Origin: an uncultured Gammaproteobacteria bacterium
GTDB lineage: Bacteria; Patescibacteriota; Patescibacteriia; Patescibacteriales; GWE2-39-37
Length of the DNA: 64,000 nt
NCBI GenBank assembly: GCA_964443495.1
Contig: CAYUCS010000002.1
Span: 324,021 to 388,020, forward strand
Direction: 5' to 3'
Part shown: in pieces, positions 37,391 through 44,661 of the stretch
How the letters are laid out: the number at the start of each line of letters is the position of its first letter
Numbering within the stretch: the stretch's first letter is position 1
Notes under the pieces: model-generated
What the model saw: only the letters and a program-made list of their open reading frames with translations
What the model was told of the DNA's origin: nothing
The model's database searches: none
Translations under genes and position numbers: made by a program

Positions 37391-39379
37391 TTATTTCAAA
37401 ATCGTAACCATTCCGTTATCCGCATCAACCTCCACCAGATCGCCGTCCTTCAGCACACTGGTCGCAATCCTGGTACCAATGACACATGGCTTCTTCAATT
37501 CACGCGCCACGATGGCGGCGTGGCAGGTGATACCGCCCTCGTCCGTAACGAAGGCCGAAGCCAATCTCATGGCTGGCAAAAAGTCCGGAGTGGTCATCGG
37601 GGTTATCAAGATATCTCCCTTTTGCACTTTAGCAAGATGCGCTTTCTCGAAAACCAGCGCCACTCGCCCTGACACTCTCCCTGGATTTGCCACCGTGCCG
37701 ATAATTTCCTTTCCGTGCTCCGCCAAATCCGCATTTTCCAAATCTATGCCATTTTCTCGACAAAACGCTTGCATATCATAATCCGTTTCCAAATTACCCC
37801 TGAAATATACATACTTTTCCTGCCTTTGCTTAAGTTCGGCGATCGCAGGCACTTTGCCTTCGATAAACTCCTCAGGCAGGACATAACCGGCCAAAGTGTC
37901 GTCACCGTCAAAGAATGAAGACTTTATCACTTTTAAAAAATACTCCTCGGCCTTATAGACGACCGTATCGTACTTCAGCCTGGTTTCATACGATGTTCTG
38001 GCTATTCCCGAGTATTTTTCCTCGACCTCCATTCCGCCTAGCACCGTACTTATAGCCAACATCGTCCAAGAGCGTGCGAGCAGTTCGAACACCTTCTTAA
38101 AATCTTCTGCACGGTCAAGGACAATGAGCCTTAATATTTCTTCACAATCATTCTCATAGTCGTTGACCAATTGAGAAAATTTTTCCTTGTTTTCTAAAAA
38201 ATACGGGAACAGCAGCTTCGGGTCTTGTTGCGGATCAGTAAAATCATAATACACGCTAACTCCCCTGCCATCTTCATGGATGAATAACGGCTCAAAAAAC
38301 ATCAATCCATCGGTCAGCTTATGGAAGCCATGACGATCGCTCAGATACCAGCATCGCATGATTGCCAGCGAAAGGGCTCGAGTCTCCATTTTCTTAAAAA
38401 AATGATTTCCTGATCCACTATCGCTGTTCTTCGTCCTGCTCAAAGTCGTGATCGGCCGCGATTGTGTAATGTAAAGCTTGCCAGCCTCGAATGCCCACTC
38501 GATGTCGCAAGGGAAGCCGTAATGCTTTTCAATATTAAGGCAGATTTGTGCCAATTCTTTAATTTCTTGATCCGGTAGCTTCTGCAGTTCTTGTTTTTCA
38601 AACTGCACTTCCTGCTCGCTCGTACCCTCAGGGCTACGAGATATCATCATGTCCTGGCTCGAGATATATTTATCTTCGATTTCCAAGCCGTCTTTTTTGA
38701 TAACATAAGAATCGGGCGTGATCATGCCGCCGACGATTGCCTCACCCAGGCCATAGCCGGCCTCGATGATCATCCGGTCGTAATCCTCGGTCACCGGATG
38801 CACGGTAAAGGCGATGCCCGAAACCTCGGACTGCACCATCTTCTGCACCACCGCCGCCACCGAGACGTGATGGTCGGCCAAACCTTTTTCGATGCGATAA
38901 AAGATCGCTCGCGGCGTGAAAAGCGATGACCAGCAGAGCTTTACAGACTCAATCAAGTTGTCAGCCGTGACATTAAGATAAGTTTCGAGCTCCCCCGCCC
39001 AAGAGGCGGCCGACGAGTCCTCGGCCGTAGCCGAAGAGCGTACCGCTACCAGCTCGGCACCTAGGTTGCCGAATCCTGTCATTATCTCGTCCTGGAGCTC
39101 CTCAGACATAGGCGCAGCCGATATCAGCTGACGGATCGATTCCGAAGCGCTCTCCACCGAAGATGATTCGTTAATGTCAACTGCCGATAATAACGCATCA
39201 ATTTTTTCTTTCAGACTAGCCTCGCTGATGAAACGGTCGAATGCATCAGCCACCACCACGAAGCCAGGCGGCACCGGCAACCCGGCTTGCGTCATCTCGC
39301 CCAAAGACGCCCCTTTGCCGCCAGCAACTGCCGCGTCATTTTTGCCGATTTCAATAAATCTCTTTATGCTAGCCATCAT
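37391..39379 (-). CDS. PPDK_N-type ATP-grasp, middle domain and C-terminal PEP-utilizer phosphohistidine swivel domain (rifampicin-phosphotransferase-like architecture, no TIM barrel)
   Basis: Start chosen at ATG 39379 (MMASIKRF), 7 nt after the upstream stop. AVAGGKGASLGEMTQAGLPVPPGFVV at the N-terminus. C-terminal FVTDEGGITCHAAIVARELKKPCVIGT. The protein ends 42 aa after the His. Confidence 0.8.
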   Translation of the reverse strand: MMASIKRFIEIGKNDAAVAGGKGASLGEMTQAGLPVPPGFVVVADAFDRFISEASLKEKIDALLSAVDINESSSVESASESIRQLISAAPMSEELQDEIMTGFGNLGAELVAVRSSATAEDSSAASWAGELETYLNVTADNLIESVKLCWSSLFTPRAIFYRIEKGLADHHVSVAAVVQKMVQSEVSGIAFTVHPVTEDYDRMIIEAGYGLGEAIVGGMITPDSYVIKKDGLEIEDKYISSQDMMISRSPEGTSEQEVQFEKQELQKLPDQEIKELAQICLNIEKHYGFPCDIEWAFEAGKLYITQSRPITTLSRTKNSDSGSGNHFFKKMETRALSLAIMRCWYLSDRHGFHKLTDGLMFFEPLFIHEDGRGVSVYYDFTDPQQDPKLLFPYFLENKEKFSQLVNDYENDCEEILRLIVLDRAEDFKKVFELLARSWTMLAISTVLGGMEVEEKYSGIARTSYETRLKYDTVVYKAEEYFLKVIKSSFFDGDDTLAGYVLPEEFIEGKVPAIAELKQRQEKYVYFRGNLETDYDMQAFCRENGIDLENADLAEHGKEIIGTVANPGRVSGRVALVFEKAHLAKVQKGDILITPMTTPDFLPAMRLASAFVTDEGGITCHAAIVARELKKPCVIGTRIATSVLKDGDLVEVDADNGMVTILK

Positions 39380-39386
39380 ATTATAA

Positions 39387-39839
39387 TTATTTTTGAAACC
39401 TCCCCCGCTCGCCGATTTCCAAATCCTTGTCAGGGTTATATTCATTATAAAGCTCTATAAACTTATCTTCGTCAAGATACCAGCGGCCTTCGTTGAACTT
39501 ATTCTTAAAGGTCTTGACCGCTGCGTAGAATTTTTCCAAATCAGCGAACAGCCTGTCCTTTCTCAAGTTTTCCAGCTGGACTGACTGCGAATCGACGGCC
39601 GTCATAAATTCCACGACAGACATCGGTTCCTTGAGCAAATGGAGCCGCCGTTCGATCGCCTCTGGCGCGATCTTCTCGCAATACAGGTCGCCAACGGAAT
39701 AAAGTATGGCCCGAGCCTCGTTCAGATCTTCCCAGTTCGGCTGGTCCAGGATTGCTTGATACCGCCCCCAGAGGTTGGCCAATTCTTTTTCGATTCCGAC
39801 AGGGTTCAATAAGTAGGTCTGCTTCAATAGATTTATCAT
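39387..39839 (-). CDS. hypothetical protein within the swivel-domain operon
   Basis: 150-aa ORF, helical-looking, co-directional with tight spacing. No motif recognised. Confidence 0.55.
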   Translation of the reverse strand: MINLLKQTYLLNPVGIEKELANLWGRYQAILDQPNWEDLNEARAILYSVGDLYCEKIAPEAIERRLHLLKEPMSVVEFMTAVDSQSVQLENLRKDRLFADLEKFYAAVKTFKNKFNEGRWYLDEDKFIELYNEYNPDKDLEIGERGRFQK

Positions 39840-39880
39840 ATGGTTAGCTTATTATAAATTCTCCAATCGCCTGCGGTGTT

Positions 39881-41395
39881 CTACCTTTCAAGGCTCACGA
39901 CCCCGAGCTTCAGGTCGATTTTAACCTTGTCGCCGCTTTTCAGCCTGTCCGTAGCGACCTTGGTGCCGATGACGCAAGGAATTCCCAATTCACGGGAGAC
40001 GATTGCCGCATGGCAAGCGATCCCTCCCTCGTTAGTGATAATAGCTTTAGCCCGGCGCATCAGCGGCACGAATTCGACCCTGGTCATGCTGGTGACCAGA
40101 ATTTCCCCATCGACGAATTCATCGTTCTGCGGATCGCTCACCAGCCTGACGACGCCTTCGACCGACTCGACCTTGCCCTTGCTGGCGACCATTCCTTTTA
40201 CGGTATCGCCGACATCTACATGCTTCGCTATATTCAAAAGCCTTTTTCCTTCTTCGCCATAGAAAAACTGCGGAGCTTTTCCCGTTTCATACACCACGAA
40301 AGCCCCCTTTTCGCTGAAGACACTATCTCGCTTTTTTCCCTGAATGAAAACATTCTTAATGTCATTGACTGAATAGAACGATATCTCACCATGGGTCAAG
40401 CCGAAACGCGAAGCGATGTCTTTCGCGAAAATGATCAGATAATATATCTGCTTCATCATACCCAATTTCCTCCGGTCGATCCAAAAAGCCGTTCTCTGCG
40501 CGAAGCGGATATCTGCCAAATCCTCATCGGAAAGCGTGAGTGATGACAGCAATGCTTCCTGTTCATGCTTGATATCCTCAGAGCTTTTTTCTATTTTTTC
40601 TATTTCTTCCTTGATGACGGCAGCGGATTTTGCCTCCAACTCGTTGGCAGCATCCCGAAGCACGGTTTCAATCGTCAGCGTCTTGGCATCGTAAAAATCG
40701 GTCTTTATCCAAAAATTGTTCTTGATATATTCTTCGGCCATCCTAACGATGGCTTCATCGTCGGCGACGCCCTGTCGCCTGATCGAGGAGATCGCCTCAG
40801 AGCTTTCTGCGACGGCAAGACAAAGCGTCAAAAACTGTATACGTTCCAAATTCATGATTGACTGTTCTTGCGGGTGGGAAAGGGTGCTGATGATTTGTTG
40901 AGCGTCCACCTTGGATAATCCATGCCTGCTTTCAAAATTCGGGGCAACCTCCTCGGTGATTACCGCGCCCTTGTCTTCACCGTAGGCTCCATAAAACCAC
41001 CATTCCTGCGACTTGGTAATGAAAATCTCAAAAATACCGCGCAAGCGTTCATCGCTGATATTTTGCGCCGATTGGTATTCTTCCCAAAGCACGTCTATTT
41101 CACTCTCCAACTGAGCGTGCTTAGCGATCTTATCTTCCAGGCTATTCGGATTTTCCAAAAAATCGGTATAAGCCTTCTTGGCGACATTGCGTACATGCGT
41201 CTTGTCTAGCAGCTGATAGAAATTATTGGAATCGCCGGAAAAATAACAGCACAAAGGCGTATATGCTACGCCATGCACCTTTTCCGACTCGACATAAGCG
41301 GCATACACCCAATCGGCCACGACAAAGGAGGCGTTAGCGTTCTGTACGTCGATCTCGTTTTTCCGCAAATACTGTTCTACTTTATCAATTGTCAT
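39881..41395 (-). CDS. unknown N-terminal domain plus C-terminal PEP-utilizer phosphohistidine swivel domain (no ATP-grasp, no TIM barrel)
   Basis: 504 aa. C-terminal GEILVTSMTRVEFVPLMRRAKAIITNEGGIACHAAIVSRELGIPCVIGT. The preceding region aligns by eye with the equivalent regions of 42029..43705 and 37391..39379. Confidence 0.75.
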   Translation of the reverse strand: MTIDKVEQYLRKNEIDVQNANASFVVADWVYAAYVESEKVHGVAYTPLCCYFSGDSNNFYQLLDKTHVRNVAKKAYTDFLENPNSLEDKIAKHAQLESEIDVLWEEYQSAQNISDERLRGIFEIFITKSQEWWFYGAYGEDKGAVITEEVAPNFESRHGLSKVDAQQIISTLSHPQEQSIMNLERIQFLTLCLAVAESSEAISSIRRQGVADDEAIVRMAEEYIKNNFWIKTDFYDAKTLTIETVLRDAANELEAKSAAVIKEEIEKIEKSSEDIKHEQEALLSSLTLSDEDLADIRFAQRTAFWIDRRKLGMMKQIYYLIIFAKDIASRFGLTHGEISFYSVNDIKNVFIQGKKRDSVFSEKGAFVVYETGKAPQFFYGEEGKRLLNIAKHVDVGDTVKGMVASKGKVESVEGVVRLVSDPQNDEFVDGEILVTSMTRVEFVPLMRRAKAIITNEGGIACHAAIVSRELGIPCVIGTKVATDRLKSGDKVKIDLKLGVVSLER

Positions 41396-41401
41396 ATGGT
41401 T

Positions 41402-41995
41402 TTACTTACGACCCGCCATGTACCGTTCGGCCACTTGGCGGAATTCATCAAAGAAAAATGCGGCAAGTGATTTCTCTAACATCATCCTTATTTTTTCATC
41501 GTCTTTGGCCAATCCTTTGAGCGAATCCAAGCGCGAGTCATTGAAGCGGTCCAATGAGTCTATGTCATGAAAGATCTTTTTATTCTGCGTGTCATACGCG
41601 CTCGCCACATCGACACCCTTTAGCTGGTCAGCGTCGTGCATGCTGATGATCTCGACGATTTCCGACGCTTTGCCGGAATCATACCCGACCTTCGCCAAGA
41701 TGTCTTGCGCGATCTTGGCACCGGCCAGCATGTGGACCAGCTTGCCGTTTTCCAATCTCTCCGTTCCGGTAATGAACTTGAAATGTTCGGGCAGGATAGC
41801 CGCGTGGCCGATGTCGTGAAGCATGGCCACCGGGACCAAGACAGATTCATCGAATTCCAAATTTCCATCGTAAGACAGGACGGTATCGACGACGGTAGCG
41901 GCATGGATGTCGTCCCCGGGCCTGCCCTGCTTCAACAACGGCAAAGCCTCGTTCCATATCGCTTGGCACTCCTTTGATAATTTTTCTACTTTCAT
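41402..41995 (-). CDS. HD-domain metal-dependent phosphohydrolase
   Basis: 197 aa. H...HD...H...D pattern (DIHAATV, AMLHDIGHA, LVHMLAG, SMHDAD). Confidence 0.75.
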   Translation of the reverse strand: MKVEKLSKECQAIWNEALPLLKQGRPGDDIHAATVVDTVLSYDGNLEFDESVLVPVAMLHDIGHAAILPEHFKFITGTERLENGKLVHMLAGAKIAQDILAKVGYDSGKASEIVEIISMHDADQLKGVDVASAYDTQNKKIFHDIDSLDRFNDSRLDSLKGLAKDDEKIRMMLEKSLAAFFFDEFRQVAERYMAGRK

Positions 41996-42028
41996 AGCTT
42001 TGATATTATTTCATTCCTAATCTTTTCT

Positions 42029-43705
42029 CTACGCGGCCTCGTTCAGGATCCTGACCGTCCCATGATTGGCTCGCACCTCGATCAGATCGCCATCCTTGAT
42101 CACTTGCGTGGCATTCTTGGTGCCTATGATGCAGGGCTTGCCCATCTCGCGTGCCACGATGGCGGCGTGGCAAGTGATGCCGCCCTCGTTAGTGACGAAA
42201 GCGGCTGCCAATTTCATGATCGGCAAATATTCAGGTCGCGTCATGCTGGTCACCAAGATCTCGCCTTCCTTGAATTTGCCGAAATCGCTTTGGCTTAACA
42301 CGACTCGGGCCAGACCGCGGGCGTAGCCCTGGCTGGCGACTTGTCCGGTCAGGATCATGTCTTGGCCGTGGCCAGTTTCTTCGCTCAGCTGATTTCTCAA
42401 TGATTCCGCCTCTTTGCCGGTAACGATCTTGTACCCGTCGGCATTGAAAGTGGCGAACATGCCGTTTTCGTATCGGTTCTTAAGTATCTCTTGGGTTATC
42501 GAGCCGCGCAGGACGGATTCGACCTCGTCGAAATTGATGAATTTCAAGTACTCCAGCTTGATGCCGGTGCTTTTTTCGAGATAGCCGAGGATGCCGAACA
42601 AAAGATGTATCCCCATCAGATTAGCTTTCTTGCGATGCTCGCGCCAATACGTCAGTTTCTGGAAAAAATAAAGCGGATTTTCCTTGAGCTTCTTCCTTTT
42701 CAGCAACTCGTTGATTTTTTCCTGTCTTGTCTGTGAATAATTCTTCAATTCCCTGAACTGTTTTTTGAAATTCGCCTCATCGGCCAGCCAATTCTCGATT
42801 TCTTGCGCTTGCTCTTCGGCAGAAATGCTTTTGACATAGCAATAATTGGATTTGTAATACCCGAACTTCTTGCGATACGAGATCGCCTCCGGCGAATTAT
42901 TGACGAAGCTCAAGGCGTCCTTGTGCTTCTTCTGCTTTTTGAACGCCGCGACCAGCTCGAATAGTTCCAACTGCCTGTCGTTATTGAAAGTCATCTCGAA
43001 CGGAGTGGTCAAAAGGCCCACCTCATCGAGCGACAAGCCGTAACGTTTGGCGATCTCGCCGATCTTCTTCTGATCGAAGCCCGAATCGAAAGCATCGATA
43101 AAAAGGGAGATGCCCCAAAAATCGGTATAGGCGGCGCGTATCTTATCGAAAAAATCCAGCATCTGCCTCTCAGACAAGCCATTGAACGACTGTTCATCAT
43201 GAGCCATGTAATAATCTTCGAACACTTTGGCCGTTTTCAAATATTCCAAAAAGAAGGCATCCACGTCTTGCGGACGCTGGAAGCGCTCATAAACCTCGGC
43301 TGCCAGCGCGTTGACGTTGTCTATAGACCAGAAGGCTTCCATATACGGCCCTTTCCAATAACCATAAGCGACTCCATAATCATTCTTGAAAAACCGCTTA
43401 TTCATATCAGCCACCTGAAGACCGAAGGCCCAACCAGTGAACGGGATAACCTCGCCTTCCTGTTTGTAAACATTGGTCGAATCATGCGCGACCGGCGACT
43501 CATGGACCAGCTCCAACACATCCTCCAGCTTAAGGTTATAGACGTCGCAGAACTTCGTGATGGTTTCGAATTTAATGCCATCAACCTTGCCATGATACAG
43601 GGCGGTAATAGTGTTGCGGTTCAAGCCGGTTTCTTGGGCGATATCGGTGATCGACTTATCCAGCTTGATCGCGATTTGTTTGATTTTGACGATTACTTTG
43701 GACAT
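42029..43705 (-). CDS. XRE-type HTH fused to an unknown middle domain and a C-terminal PEP-utilizer phosphohistidine swivel domain
   Basis: 558 aa. N-terminal Cro/C1-like HTH (SITDIAQETGLNRNTITALYHGK). C-terminal GEILVTSMTRPEYLPIMKLAAAFVTNEGGITCHAAIVAREMGKPCIIGT. Confidence 0.75.
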   Translation of the reverse strand: MSKVIVKIKQIAIKLDKSITDIAQETGLNRNTITALYHGKVDGIKFETITKFCDVYNLKLEDVLELVHESPVAHDSTNVYKQEGEVIPFTGWAFGLQVADMNKRFFKNDYGVAYGYWKGPYMEAFWSIDNVNALAAEVYERFQRPQDVDAFFLEYLKTAKVFEDYYMAHDEQSFNGLSERQMLDFFDKIRAAYTDFWGISLFIDAFDSGFDQKKIGEIAKRYGLSLDEVGLLTTPFEMTFNNDRQLELFELVAAFKKQKKHKDALSFVNNSPEAISYRKKFGYYKSNYCYVKSISAEEQAQEIENWLADEANFKKQFRELKNYSQTRQEKINELLKRKKLKENPLYFFQKLTYWREHRKKANLMGIHLLFGILGYLEKSTGIKLEYLKFINFDEVESVLRGSITQEILKNRYENGMFATFNADGYKIVTGKEAESLRNQLSEETGHGQDMILTGQVASQGYARGLARVVLSQSDFGKFKEGEILVTSMTRPEYLPIMKLAAAFVTNEGGITCHAAIVAREMGKPCIIGTKNATQVIKDGDLIEVRANHGTVRILNEAA

Positions 43706-43725
43706 ATTTTACTTTGATTCTAATC

Positions 43726-43754
43726 ATCCTAGCAAACATTTTCTTATTTGTCAA
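43726..43754 (-). promoter_or_regulatory. sigma-70-type promoter of the swivel-domain operon
   Basis: On the minus strand: TTGACA, 17-nt spacer, TAGGAT, about 20 nt upstream of the ATG at 43705. Confidence 0.5.
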
Positions 43755-43759
43755 TACAT

Positions 43760-43781
43760 TTTGCCTAGTTTACTAGGCAAA
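43760..43781. promoter_or_regulatory. perfect palindromic candidate operator
   Basis: TTTGCCTAGT tt ACTAGGCAAA (10-bp arms). It abuts the -35 of the minus-strand promoter and lies 16 nt from the -35 of the divergent plus-strand promoter. Confidence 0.6.
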
Positions 43782-43796
43782 TACTCCTAATTAGCC

Positions 43797-43825
43797 TTGA
43801 CAAAGCTAAAATTATATGCTATATT
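43797..43825 (+). promoter_or_regulatory. sigma-70-type promoter of the histidine phosphatase gene
   Basis: TTGACA, 17-nt spacer, TATATT. Confidence 0.55.
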
Positions 43826-43902
43826 TGCACATTACACTAAGCCCTTTAAAACCAATTGAGGCTATTACGCCTCACAAACCACCGCCAAAAAGGAGAAATA
43901 CC

Positions 43903-44496
43903 ATGGCACAAGTACTGTTGGTCAGACACGGAAAAAAAGGCAACGGTATCAAGGGTGACGGACTGGATAACGGACGCAAGAACCTCCTTTCCCCTCGCGG
44001 CGAAAAGGACGCCCTCGAACTGGGCAAGAACCTCCCGGAAGGCTTCGGGAACTGCATCAAATACGTCGGCGGTTCGGAACTCTCACGTTCGCTCCACACC
44101 GCCCTGCTCATCGCCATGAGCGCGGGCAGCGACCCCCAAGTGCTGGCTAGCGACCGGCGGCTCGGCTCGGAAGACCAGCTCTTCAATGAGTTCGGGGTGG
44201 GACTCGAAGGCTACATCAAGGCGCTCGAGGAGAACGGCAACATCGAGATCGACGCCCTGCGCCAAGTCCTGACCGCCGAGCAATACGGACTGCTTCGCGA
44301 CCAAATCGGTGATGCGGTCTGCGATGCCCTATCGTTGAAGGCGAACGTGATACTCGGCACGCACTCCCCCTGGCTGCAGCTGGCGATCGAATCGTTTTCG
44401 GGCAAGGAATTCCACGCCAACGTCAACGAGCTCGACTGGATCCTGATCGACCGCAACGACTGCGATCCGCGCATCATTGCCACAAGCCTCGACTGA
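43903..44496 (+). CDS. histidine phosphatase superfamily (branch 1, phosphoglycerate-mutase-like) protein
   Basis: 197 aa from ATG 43903, preceded by SD aaaggag. N-terminal LLVRHGKKG (RHG motif), SELSRSLHTA, and a late GTHSP His. Confidence 0.7.
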   Translation: MAQVLLVRHGKKGNGIKGDGLDNGRKNLLSPRGEKDALELGKNLPEGFGNCIKYVGGSELSRSLHTALLIAMSAGSDPQVLASDRRLGSEDQLFNEFGVGLEGYIKALEENGNIEIDALRQVLTAEQYGLLRDQIGDAVCDALSLKANVILGTHSPWLQLAIESFSGKEFHANVNELDWILIDRNDCDPRIIATSLD

Positions 44497-44523
44497 CAGG
44501 CAACGAGATCTTTTTCAATAATC

Positions 44524-44552
44524 GACCGGCAAATCTTTGCCGGTCTTTTTTT
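44524..44552 (+). terminator. rho-independent terminator
   Basis: gaccggcaa / ttgccggtc stem followed by ttttttt. Confidence 0.75.
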
Positions 44553-44661
44553 GGTCATGCTAATAAGCCCATCAACATTGGGTTTCAGCCGGGTTGCCTC
44601 ATCTTGAAACGAGGACTAGAATGAAAGTATAACGATCGGTGACGAGTTAAGCTTTAATCAA

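Noticed and set aside
39380-39445. Upstream start at 39445 for the ATP-grasp/swivel protein.
   Set aside because: It would overlap the preceding gene by 59 nt. The MMASIKRF start at 39379 places the GGKG motif at the distance from the N-terminus usual for PPDK_N proteins. Neither start has a clear SD, so some uncertainty remains.
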